Source: an uncultured Candidatus Micrarchaeota archaeon (GTDB taxonomy: Archaea > Micrarchaeota > Micrarchaeia > Anstonellales > Bilamarchaeaceae). From it: DNA of 64,000 bases. The notes beneath the pieces were generated by a model. That model searched no databases. It was given only the letters and a program-made list of their open reading frames with translations, and had not been told where the DNA came from. This document shows positions 53,814 to 62,582 of this stretch, one piece after another. The stretch's first letter is position 1; each line of letters begins with the position of its first letter. The stretch is from the NCBI GenBank assembly GCA_963723105.1, contig CAVRPK010000004.1, forward strand, positions 4,765-68,764. Reading direction: 5' to 3'. A program made the translations under genes and the position numbers.

Positions 53814-55271
53814 TTATCCCTTGATATTTCCAATTGGAATAAGCTTTGCAACTTTCTTTGAAATTCCAGCACTAGTTGCAGACTCAATGACTTCGTCTAT
53901 TTTTTTGTATGCTCCGCCTGCTTCTTCTGCCAAACCTTTGAATGATACTGCTTTGATGTAAATTCCTTTTTTCTCCATGTCCTTTTGGAGTTGTTCTCCC
54001 TGATATGTCCTTTTTGCCTGAGCTCTGCTCATAACTCTTCCAGATCCGTGTGCTGTTGTGAACCAAGTATCTGCTGCATTATCCACGCCAGCAAGAAGCC
54101 ATGAACCTGTTTCCATACTTCCTCCAATGAGTATTGGCTGTCCATCCTCACGGTATAACTCTGGAATTTCTTCTCTTCCTGGACCAAATGCTGCAGTTGC
54201 ACCTTTTCTGTGGACTATGAGTTCTTTCATCTCTCCATTAACATTGTGCTTTTCAACTGAAGCGCGATTATGGCATATATCATATATCTGGTGCATTTCA
54301 AGTTCTTCTGCGCTTTTTCCAAACACATTTGCAAATGTTTCTCTAACTCCATGTAATATCGTCTGCCTGTTTGCAAATCCCATGTTTACTGCACAGTTCA
54401 TAGCTGAGAAATAATCCTGCCCTTCTTTTGATTTGAATGGGGCGCATGCAAGTTCTCGATCAAGAATTTTTATCCCGTATTTGCTTTGCATAACATCCAG
54501 GAATAAGTCTAGATAGTCTGATGCAACCTGGTGGCCAAATCCTCTGCTTCCGCAGTGGAACATAATAACTACCTGATCAGGAAATAATCCCCATTTTTTT
54601 GCAAGTTCGCTGTTTTCTATATTCTCTTCTTTGACATGCTGTATCTCAAGGTAGTGATTTCCTGAGCCAAGCGTTCCAACCTGCCCAAGTCCTCTTTTTA
54701 TTGCTTTTTCGCTTACCTTACTTGAATCAGCATTTTCAACAGAACCTTTCATTTCAGTTCTCTCAAGGTCTTCCTCCCATCCAAGTCCTTTTTCAATACA
54801 CCATTTTGAGCCTTGTTCCATCACCTGCTTGAATTCCTGCGGAGAAAGTCTCATTTTACTTTTTCCGCCAACTCCTGCAGGTATCCTCCTAAACAATGTG
54901 TCAACTAGTTCATGGAGTTTGGGTTTAACCTCATCAATTGTCAGATTGGTTCGAATAAGTCTCATACCGCAGTTGATATCAAATCCAATCCCGCCTGGGC
55001 TAATGACTCCCTCTTCAGTATCCATTGCAGCAACCCCGCCAATCGGGAACCCATACCCCGAATGTCCATCTGGCATACAATATGCATAATTGACAATTCC
55101 AGGAAGTGTTGCAACATTTGTTATCTGATCATAAACATGATCGTCCATCTGATCAAGAATTTTTTTGCTTGCAATGATTCTGGCAGGAACTCTCATTCCT
55201 TGTTTGTAATCCTTTGAAATTTCCCAAATATAATCACTAATTTTTGTGAACTGTGGTTTTTTGAAATCCAT
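53814..55271 (-). CDS. rtcB: RNA-splicing ligase RtcB
   Basis: MPDGHSGYGFPIGG, CGSRGFGHQ and TTAHGSGR (guanylylated His region). 485 aa with no intein. Confidence 0.95.
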   Translation of the reverse strand: MDFKKPQFTKISDYIWEISKDYKQGMRVPARIIASKKILDQMDDHVYDQITNVATLPGIVNYAYCMPDGHSGYGFPIGGVAAMDTEEGVISPGGIGFDINCGMRLIRTNLTIDEVKPKLHELVDTLFRRIPAGVGGKSKMRLSPQEFKQVMEQGSKWCIEKGLGWEEDLERTEMKGSVENADSSKVSEKAIKRGLGQVGTLGSGNHYLEIQHVKEENIENSELAKKWGLFPDQVVIMFHCGSRGFGHQVASDYLDLFLDVMQSKYGIKILDRELACAPFKSKEGQDYFSAMNCAVNMGFANRQTILHGVRETFANVFGKSAEELEMHQIYDICHNRASVEKHNVNGEMKELIVHRKGATAAFGPGREEIPELYREDGQPILIGGSMETGSWLLAGVDNAADTWFTTAHGSGRVMSRAQAKRTYQGEQLQKDMEKKGIYIKAVSFKGLAEEAGGAYKKIDEVIESATSAGISKKVAKLIPIGNIKG

Positions 55272-55344
55272 AATAAACCCCTCAAAATGAGTACGTTAAA
55301 GTTAACAGATAACTAAATTAAAGTTAGCACCTATATTTATCTCT

Positions 55345-55836
55345 ATGTCCGAAATAAAAAGCCTTGCTGATGCGGCTCGTTCTATTGCAAAAAGCGGGAG
55401 CTCTAAGAATGCCTGGTCAAAACTAAAAACCTGGGCAGGTTCACAAAACCATCCATCTGCTATGAAAGTGGCAGTTATGCAATTTTTAGATGCTCACGGC
55501 ACAAGTCCTGATGCAGTTGCCGTTCTTCCAGAAGTGCTTCGTACTGCCTCACGAATTCCATTTGAAGGCGATGAGAGAAAAACACTTATTGATATGACTG
55601 ACCGCGCTTTCAAATCTATTGAACTTAACACTGCCTCAGCAAGACAATTGCCAATTTCGGATAATCGTCCTGCTCCCATACTTTCACTAAATCCTATGAA
55701 GCAAGGATCTTCAGATATTTATGCTCCAGTGCATCATTCAAAGGATGTGGCGAGCCTCATCGAAGCAAGAAATACTTTATTCCATGTTAATGATCATTTA
55801 CTCAAAAAGGTGAAGAAAGATGAAAAATCTTATTGA
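55345..55836 (+). CDS. Hypothetical protein (163 aa)
   Basis: ORF only. First gene of a 5-gene same-strand cluster. Confidence 0.45.
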   Translation: MSEIKSLADAARSIAKSGSSKNAWSKLKTWAGSQNHPSAMKVAVMQFLDAHGTSPDAVAVLPEVLRTASRIPFEGDERKTLIDMTDRAFKSIELNTASARQLPISDNRPAPILSLNPMKQGSSDIYAPVHHSKDVASLIEARNTLFHVNDHLLKKVKKDEKSY

Positions 55837-56218
55837 ATCTGAATATTTTGTACTATCTGCTGACAAGGGAGAAGCACTAGTTCGCTCACTTATTTCTAAG
55901 ATGCAAGCTCAGGCAAGTGATGCTCCACGGGTCTCTAGGCCTAAATCAAAGCGATCATCAACTTCTCAAAGTTCTTCAGAATCAAAGACAACAAAAAAGA
56001 AAACAGTCAAGAAAAAAGCTGCGAAAAAGAAACAAGCTAAGAGAAAATCAGTGCAAAAGCCTGTTCGAAAAAAACCAGCCACTAAAAAACCTGTAAAAAA
56101 GCCAGTTAAGAAAAAACCAGCGAAAAAGAAGCCAATGCGAAAAAAACCTATCAGGAAACAACTGGTGAAAAAGAAAACAGTCAAAAAAACCAAGAAGAAA
56201 TCCAAAAAGAAGAGATAA
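55820..56218 (+). CDS. Highly basic Lys-rich protein with KKP-repeat tail (histone H1-tail-like)
   Basis: A ~45-aa N-domain is followed by KKKTVKKKAAKKKQAKRK..KKPATKKPVKKPVKKKPAKKKPMRKKP..KKSKKKR. Confidence 0.55.
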   Translation: MKNLIESEYFVLSADKGEALVRSLISKMQAQASDAPRVSRPKSKRSSTSQSSSESKTTKKKTVKKKAAKKKQAKRKSVQKPVRKKPATKKPVKKPVKKKPAKKKPMRKKPIRKQLVKKKTVKKTKKKSKKKR

Positions 56219-56219
56219 A

Positions 56220-57101
56220 ATGTTCTCAAAATTCTTCTTTCTTTCACTTATTCTCCTAACTCTCTCATTTGCTACCATCGATAATCTTTCAATTACTTCA
56301 TCTGTTGATCAATCTGGCGAATCTAACATTCTGATAAAATCTTCATTTTCAAATTCCGAATCTAAAGAAATCTTTCTCAATTTGTCTGCTCCTGTTGATT
56401 CTGTATTTGTAAAAGACAGGAGCGGACTTTCGATTGAACATTCCATTGTCAGCCAAGGAAAAAATTCAATCATAACAGCAACAGTGCCATATGATTATCT
56501 TCAATTTGAAATTTCTTCAAATTCATTTACCATGAAAAACGCATCCCGCTGGGATTATGATTTTTCTATTTCTGCATCTGAGAACATATCCTCTCTTTCA
56601 GCTTCATTATCGCTTCCCAAAGGCGCCAAACTCAAAGGAACTAATGGAGCAGTTGAAGCAACTGATTCACTAATTGTATCATGGAGTACGAATGATCTTG
56701 ATACTAATCATAAATCTAGGATGTATGTGTCCTATGAGCTTTTTGAGGTTGAAGATGACTTAACCCCTATCATCATGCTTGGAGCTGGATGTGTTCTTGC
56801 GATACTAGTAATATCATATCTAAGAAATTCAAAAACAAAAACCACTGTTGCTATGCCTAAAACAGATTTCCTAGAATCCCACAGTTTATTCAAAACCTTA
56901 GAAGAGAATGATAAGGAAATAGTCCGTGAAATCTACAGGCAAAAAGGCAAAACAACTCAATCCCATCTTTATCTGCAAACTCATATTGCTAAGGCAACCC
57001 TTTCTAGAAGAATCAATTCACTGGAAAATCGTGGCATATTAAAAAAATCACAAAAAGGCAACAGGAATCTGATCACTCTGACTGATGTTTTTAAGCAGTA
57101 A
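56220..57101 (+). CDS. Membrane-anchored winged-helix regulator (paralog of 17743..18576)
   Basis: Signal FFFLSLILLTLSFA, a beta-rich ectodomain, TM IIMLGAGCVLAILVISYL, and C-terminal LEENDKEIVREIYRQKGKTTQSHLYLQTHIAKATLSRRINSLENRGIL. Confidence 0.65.
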   Translation: MFSKFFFLSLILLTLSFATIDNLSITSSVDQSGESNILIKSSFSNSESKEIFLNLSAPVDSVFVKDRSGLSIEHSIVSQGKNSIITATVPYDYLQFEISSNSFTMKNASRWDYDFSISASENISSLSASLSLPKGAKLKGTNGAVEATDSLIVSWSTNDLDTNHKSRMYVSYELFEVEDDLTPIIMLGAGCVLAILVISYLRNSKTKTTVAMPKTDFLESHSLFKTLEENDKEIVREIYRQKGKTTQSHLYLQTHIAKATLSRRINSLENRGILKKSQKGNRNLITLTDVFKQ

Positions 57102-57236
57102 TGTTTCGCTATTGTTTCACACTTCTTCTTTTTCTTCGTCGTAACTTGTTCCACTTGTTTCAGGGAAAATATAAATACCGTTCCAGGAAACTTCCATCAA
57201 TCATCTGGCAGTTTTGTGCAGATGGGGGTGAAAAAT

Positions 57237-58157
57237 ATGGATTATAAATTTGTGATACTTGCACTTTTGCTTGTACCTGTGGCTTCTGCCAATCCCGGTA
57301 TGTTTGATATGGAAAAGGGGGATGGTCTTGAAGCTGCGATGGACAATGTGGCGTGTAGGGCTGGATTTACAGTTGGGGTTCTTGAATCTCATATATCAAT
57401 TCTTGGAGCAGATGAACTTCAGGATGACGTTGATGAGATTGAAGAAGATGTAGATGAACTTCAAGAGCTTGCTGATGAAGGTGATGTTTCTGGATTTAGG
57501 GAACATGTGCATGGAGATTATTCACAGCACATGAAAAATGCCAGACAAAATACTCTTCAATACAGGAACCAGGGCAATATGACTCATGGTGTCAAAGCCC
57601 AGCTCCGGGATGCCTATAATGGCCTTCATGAAGATTTCGAGGCATGCAACTCTGAATCTATGGGAAGATTCGCACAGGCAAAAATTGACGGTTATGAGAA
57701 AGTCCTTGAGCGAGCAGATGATGTGTCAGAGGATCTTTCTGAAAAAGGAGTAGATACAACTGCGCTTGATGCTCTTATAGCAGATGCAGAGGATGAAATT
57801 GTTGATCCATTGAAGGATGCTGTTGATGAAGCTGAAACTACAGAAGAGCTTCGTGAAGCACTTGGTTCCTATTGCCTGTTCAATGGCTGTACAAATGGCA
57901 TCAACTTCCACTTTGCAGCTAACTGGCAAATCGAAAAGCTTGATTCAATCCTTGATCTGATTGAGGATGATGCAGAAGAAGCAGGACTTTCTGATGATTG
58001 GGATGCTGCAGATGACTATCTAGTTACTGCATCTGAAAATCTTGAGGATGTCGGTACAGACCAGTATGAAGGAACTGAACATGATGATGTTTGGGACAAC
58101 ATTCGCTTGGCGTCTGGTGCTCTCAAGGATATCATATCTACACTGAGGTCAGGATGA
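57237..58157 (+). CDS. Secreted acidic helical protein
   Basis: Start moved to MDYKFVILALLLVPVASA, with GGGGGTG 7 nt upstream. Asp/Glu-rich helical body. Confidence 0.6.
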   Translation: MDYKFVILALLLVPVASANPGMFDMEKGDGLEAAMDNVACRAGFTVGVLESHISILGADELQDDVDEIEEDVDELQELADEGDVSGFREHVHGDYSQHMKNARQNTLQYRNQGNMTHGVKAQLRDAYNGLHEDFEACNSESMGRFAQAKIDGYEKVLERADDVSEDLSEKGVDTTALDALIADAEDEIVDPLKDAVDEAETTEELREALGSYCLFNGCTNGINFHFAANWQIEKLDSILDLIEDDAEEAGLSDDWDAADDYLVTASENLEDVGTDQYEGTEHDDVWDNIRLASGALKDIISTLRSG

Positions 58158-58495
58158 TGAATGTTGCATTGTTCATTATGGGCGGTCTGGCAGTTTTACT
58201 GCTTTTTGGTTGTGTGGGTCCTGCAAACGGCCCCAAAGAAGTAGTAAGCGGGCCAGATGACTATACTGATGCTCCAAGTCAGCCAGCAGGTGAGCTGGGT
58301 GATGCTGAGATCTCCACATCTGAGAGCGAGGATCTTGATGATGTTCTTCCAGAAGAAGACCTTCTCATTCCTCCTCCGGAAGAGGAACCTGAAGAATCTG
58401 AAAGCAGTATTACTATAGATGTTTCAGATGTATTTGTTGAAGAAGGTTCTGATATGGATATCATAAGTGAAGAGGAAATCATCGAACCTATCTAA
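58154..58495 (+). CDS. Small acidic lipoprotein (113 aa)
   Basis: MMNVALFIMGGLAVLLLFGC lipobox followed by an E/D/S/P-rich sequence. ATGA overlap with the upstream gene. Confidence 0.55.
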   Translation: MMNVALFIMGGLAVLLLFGCVGPANGPKEVVSGPDDYTDAPSQPAGELGDAEISTSESEDLDDVLPEEDLLIPPPEEEPEESESSITIDVSDVFVEEGSDMDIISEEEIIEPI

Positions 58496-58555
58496 TTTTT
58501 TCTTTTTTCCTTACTTTTATAAGTTCTACGGATAAATGTTCAGCTAGGTGAAATT

Positions 58556-58717
58556 ATGTCAATTGTAGCTTTTGATGAATTTAAAGGAAATAAACTCATT
58601 GTTCTCAAGAGAGATGAAGAGGATCAGTATGCATTTAAATTTGGTAAAGGAAAGGCAAGACTTATCGTCGAGAATTTTGAGGCAATAAAGAAATTCGCAG
58701 AAGAAGAAGAAGGATAA
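58556..58717 (+). CDS. Small conserved-looking protein (53 aa), below the ORF-track cutoff
   Basis: My translation gives MSIVAFDEFKGNKLIVLKRDEEDQYAFKFGKGKARLIVENFEAIKKFAEEEEG. SD-like AGGTGA lies 5 nt upstream. Confidence 0.45.
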   Translation: MSIVAFDEFKGNKLIVLKRDEEDQYAFKFGKGKARLIVENFEAIKKFAEEEEG

Positions 58718-58751
58718 TTTAAAAATTCTTTTTCTCAAATGCATTTTCCAA

Positions 58752-58962
58752 GCTCCTGTAGTCTAGTGACCTTTTTGACTTACGTCCTTCTAAGGGCAAA
58801 AATCTCAACCAAAAAGCCCTGAGGAAAACGAGTCAAATGGTTGGACATCCCGGTCAAGGATATCAGACTCTCAGCAAACTTTTAGGAAAAGTTTGATCAA
58901 AACTAATTAGCTAAAAGTTTGAGGGAACTCTGAGGACCCGGGTTCGAATCCCGGCGGGAGCA
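58752..58962 (+). tRNA. tRNA-Glu(CUC) with two introns (D-loop and canonical 37/38)
   Basis: Exon 1 is GCTCCTG-TA-GTCT-AGT, followed by an 82-nt intron at 58768-58849. Exon 2 is CCGGTCAA-GGAT-A-TCAGA-CTCTCA, followed by a 54-nt intron at 58874-58927. Exon 3 is C-TCTGA-GGAC-CCGGG-TTCGAAT-CCCGG-CGGGAGC-A. The mature tRNA is 75 nt. Splice boundaries are good to about 2 nt. Confidence 0.75.
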
Positions 58963-59073
58963 ATTATACTTTACGAGCAAAGACCACATTTAGTAATATA
59001 TACTGTTATAAGCGACTCTTCTTAGTCCCTCTCTTCTTTTGATATATTTTTTGAATAAAGCTGAAACTTTTTG

Positions 59074-59469
59074 TTATTCTCGTGTTTCTTTTTTCAATCG
59101 CTTCTTTTTTATATCATAATATCTCTTATTGTGAACACAAAAAATTCTATTATTCTTTATCCATTTAGCTCTTTCGTGTTTAATAAAATCTTCAATCCCT
59201 TTTTTATAAATGAAATCGATATTTTCAAGCATGCTCATGCCATACTTAGTTCTGTACCGTTCATCTATTTTTTTTAATCTTGTACATGGGAATTTTTCAC
59301 ATTTAATTGAACAATATTTCCAGTTGTTTTTCTGGAGAATTTTACAATTCTTGATTGTGCATTTTTTACAATCTGTTAATCTACATCCAGGACATTTATT
59401 TTTGTCTCTAAGATGTGCTATGCATAAGGAACAATTCATTCCGCATGGAGCAATTAAATTTGATTTCAT
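59074..59469 (-). CDS. Cys-rich DUF3795-like protein
   Basis: CGMNCSLC..CPGC..CKKC..C cluster at the N-terminus. Sits in a very AT-rich region. Confidence 0.5.
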   Translation of the reverse strand: MKSNLIAPCGMNCSLCIAHLRDKNKCPGCRLTDCKKCTIKNCKILQKNNWKYCSIKCEKFPCTRLKKIDERYRTKYGMSMLENIDFIYKKGIEDFIKHERAKWIKNNRIFCVHNKRYYDIKKKRLKKETRE

Positions 59470-59576
59470 GTGGATCCGTTCTGAGTGAAATTTTTAAATA
59501 TGATTCTATACCTATGCACGGCGGGATCATTTATTCGTTTATGGATATTAAATAAAATTATTTCCTCTGGCTACTG

Positions 59577-60536
59577 TTATTGTCCTGCATAAGTGGCTAC
59601 GATTGGATCTCCATCCCCAGTATAAGAATAGTAATCCTCATTCACTTTCACTATTGATACTGTTGCAGAAACCTCTTCAGAGACAGTTACGGTGATATAC
59701 GGTCCGTTACCACAGCCACATGCTCCAACCCCGCAGATTCTCATCGGAGCATCTACGACGAAATATTCTTTAGTGCCAGCCTTTTCCACAAGAATCTCAA
59801 ACATCCCTTCTTTGGTCTGCCCATCTGTTGTGTTCATATCAGTGAATGGCCTTCCTTTCCAGCAGTCAAATGCTGTGCCGTTGGCAAATTCCATGTTCCA
59901 TCTACACTTTCTGTAGTATGACTTTTCTCCTAGAGAAATATCTTTGCATTCAGTACTCACAACGACCAATCCCTGATCAGGCACTTCTATTGTGATAGTT
60001 CCATCTCCACTGTAGTTTTTTTCATTAGAATAATCATTGTCAAGAATTCCGCAGACTTCAAAGGTATAATCTCCTGGAATTCTGGTTTTCATTGAGAATT
60101 GAGGTATTCCGTATTCATCCAATGGAATGTAAAGATTTCTCCATTGTTTATCTACCCTTTCTCTATCCATGATGGGTTCTCCTGAATCATAGTCCTCCCA
60201 GAATCTTTCCGGAAGTTCTGTTGGTTTCACACATGCAATTTTTTGTAATGGTGGCTCCTCACCTTCTTGAGTGTGCAATATCCATGAGAAAGTGGCAATG
60301 CCACTGCTTTTGTCATATGTTCCCTCGCTTCCAACAACCTTGTAATCTGCATCGTCATATTCTACATTCTCTTCCTCTTCAGTTGGCCCAAACAAATCTG
60401 GATCTATATCAGTTGGGTTTCCTAAAAAGGAATCAATTGGATTGTTGAAAGCATTCTGCATACATCCAAAAGTGAAGAAAAAAGATAAGATGATCGTAAG
60501 TATGAATCCTTTTTCTATGAGTTTACTTGAGCGCAT
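59577..60536 (-). CDS. Secreted lipoprotein, hypothetical (319 aa)
   Basis: Lipobox FFFTFGC. Beta-rich with scattered Cys. No homology recognised. Confidence 0.55.
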   Translation of the reverse strand: MRSSKLIEKGFILTIILSFFFTFGCMQNAFNNPIDSFLGNPTDIDPDLFGPTEEEENVEYDDADYKVVGSEGTYDKSSGIATFSWILHTQEGEEPPLQKIACVKPTELPERFWEDYDSGEPIMDRERVDKQWRNLYIPLDEYGIPQFSMKTRIPGDYTFEVCGILDNDYSNEKNYSGDGTITIEVPDQGLVVVSTECKDISLGEKSYYRKCRWNMEFANGTAFDCWKGRPFTDMNTTDGQTKEGMFEILVEKAGTKEYFVVDAPMRICGVGACGCGNGPYITVTVSEEVSATVSIVKVNEDYYSYTGDGDPIVATYAGQ

Positions 60537-60640
60537 ATTGACTTATCTTAAGGAAGCTATAAAACTCTTTTTCAGAGTCATTTTCTGGCGAAATTGACTC
60601 TATGATCGCTTCGGCGGAGTATATATATCTCAAGTTTGTT

Positions 60641-60859
60641 TTAGAAGTAGATCAAAACTCCCAGTATCCCATGGATCATGGCAAAAATTATTCCTACTGC
60701 TGCCAGACGAGAATGCCATTCAAAAGGAATTCTTCGTATGCCTCTTTTGTTCAGAATGGCAACTGCAGCAGAAAGCAGGATAAAAAATAAAGTAAATATG
60801 CCAAGATACATTATCAGAGGCTTGCCTAAGATCTGGAAATATGTTATTTCAGTTAACAT
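60641..60859 (-). CDS. Small 2-TM membrane protein downstream of the cytochrome b5-like gene
   Basis: Two hydrophobic helices with His residues (FEWHSRLAAVGIIFAMIHGILG). 11-nt overlap with the upstream gene. Confidence 0.45.
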   Translation of the reverse strand: MLTEITYFQILGKPLIMYLGIFTLFFILLSAAVAILNKRGIRRIPFEWHSRLAAVGIIFAMIHGILGVLIYF

Positions 60860-61211
60860 CTTCTAGCTCTCCTATGTAATAATTATCCAACCAATCATGT
60901 GCGTTTTGGGAATGTGGTGTGCCAGAGCCCATAGGTCTTGTTTCAAAAAGCACTGTTGCATCAGTTCCACATCCTTTGAGTATTGTCTCTCCTCCTGGGT
61001 GCGGGGATATGGCGTCAGTAACATCGTATACTTTGCCATCGATCACCATCCAGCAGTCATTGCTTGAATTATGTTGCGAAATGCTCTCAAGAGTATGGCT
61101 ACTGACATTCGTAAAAGTACTATTGTTCTGCTCTGCTGGTTGTTCCGCTACACACCCATTTAGTAACATGAGCGTTAGGAACAGGCCAAAGCCAATATAT
61201 TTATTTTTCAT
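60849..61211 (-). CDS. Cytochrome b5-like heme-binding lipoprotein
   Basis: Lipobox MLLNGC. DCWMVIDGKVYDVTDAISPHPGG is the cytochrome b5 HPGG motif. Confidence 0.7.
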   Translation of the reverse strand: MKNKYIGFGLFLTLMLLNGCVAEQPAEQNNSTFTNVSSHTLESISQHNSSNDCWMVIDGKVYDVTDAISPHPGGETILKGCGTDATVLFETRPMGSGTPHSQNAHDWLDNYYIGELEDVN

Positions 61212-61341
61212 ATTTGGAAAATAATCAAAGTAAGATTAAATAGTATTCTAATTTATCTGTTCATTTGCATTGGTATTCAAATGCTTTAGAAATTATTCCA
61301 TGTAATTCCAGTGCACCATGTGCAAACCAAATCAGGATTGA

Positions 61342-61350
61342 CATTTAAAT
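61342..61350 (+). promoter_or_regulatory. TATA box (CATTTAAAT) for MFS gene
   Basis: Lies about 25 nt upstream of ATG 61371. Confidence 0.5.
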
Positions 61351-61370
61351 GTAATCAGATTATCTCAATT

Positions 61371-62516
61371 ATGGGCAAGCAGAAAAATGGGAAGAAGAAT
61401 GTTTTTCTTTTAGGTGCAACCAGTTTTCTAAACGATTTTAGCAGCGAGATGATAATGCCGATTCTGCCATTTTTTCTTTCATCTCTAGGAGCGCCAGTGG
61501 TTCTGATAGGGCTAGTTGGAGGACTTCGTGATTCTCTCGGCAGTATATTGAAGGTTCTCTTTGGCTATCTTTCAGATAAAACAGGCAAAAGAAAACCTTT
61601 TGTTTATGCCGGATATCTAACATCTGCATTCTTCAAATTACTGCTGGCATTTTCCCCCAATGCATTATTTGCTCTTTCCTCAGCATCACTTGAGCGAATA
61701 GGAAAAGGCATGCGCAATGCACCCAGAGATGCAATGATCGGTCAATTTATGCCTAAAAAAACGGGTACGGGTTTTGGGATTCATCAAATGATGGATACTG
61801 CAGGTGCTATACTTGGTTCACTTGCTGTTTTGATCATGATCGGATATCTGGCCATGAGCTATGATCTGATAATAGCACTGGCTGCTCTGCTTGCAATTCT
61901 TTCAATAGGTCCATTATTTCTGGTCAAAGAACCTATCTTCAAACCATATCAAAACAACTATGGGTTTAGGTCAGCATTATCCAAGCTGCCCGGGAATCTA
62001 TTAGCATTTACAATTATTGCCTCGCTTTTTTCTTTGGCAAATTTCAGCTATATGTTCTTCATACTGAAAGCGCAGGTTAGTGAGGACATAGTAACTGCCA
62101 TTGCACTTTATGTTGTATTCAACGTTTTCTTTGCTATATTCGCATATCCCATCGGAAAGTATGCTGACAAAGTAGGAAAACGTAAAGTATTGATATTTGG
62201 CTATGTCCTTTTTGCCCTTGTTTCATTTGCATTTGTATTCTATTCTGGATTATATGCACTTCTTATATTATTCATTCTCTACGGCATAGCAAATGCTGCA
62301 GTAAAGGGAGTAGAGCGAGCATATGTTGTAGATCTGTCCCCTGCAAATCTCAAGGCCACTTCAATCGGCACTTTCCAGCTGATGACTGGTCTTGCTGCTC
62401 TTCCAGCGAGCATAATAGCAGGGTATCTTTGGGAAGCCATATCTCCGGAAGCAACATTTATGTTTGGGGCTGTAGTTTCATTTGGGGCGACCATCTTGTT
62501 AGCACTTAAAAAATAA
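61371..62516 (+). CDS. MFS transporter
   Basis: About 12 TMs with the loop motif GYLSDKTGKRKP (MFS motif A-like). Start moved to ATG 61371. Confidence 0.8.
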   Translation: MGKQKNGKKNVFLLGATSFLNDFSSEMIMPILPFFLSSLGAPVVLIGLVGGLRDSLGSILKVLFGYLSDKTGKRKPFVYAGYLTSAFFKLLLAFSPNALFALSSASLERIGKGMRNAPRDAMIGQFMPKKTGTGFGIHQMMDTAGAILGSLAVLIMIGYLAMSYDLIIALAALLAILSIGPLFLVKEPIFKPYQNNYGFRSALSKLPGNLLAFTIIASLFSLANFSYMFFILKAQVSEDIVTAIALYVVFNVFFAIFAYPIGKYADKVGKRKVLIFGYVLFALVSFAFVFYSGLYALLILFILYGIANAAVKGVERAYVVDLSPANLKATSIGTFQLMTGLAALPASIIAGYLWEAISPEATFMFGAVVSFGATILLALKK

Positions 62517-62582
62517 AAATCCTCATAATAACATTTCTAATTTTATCTAAAGACTTTAAAAAATTGGCAAGAAAATAATATC

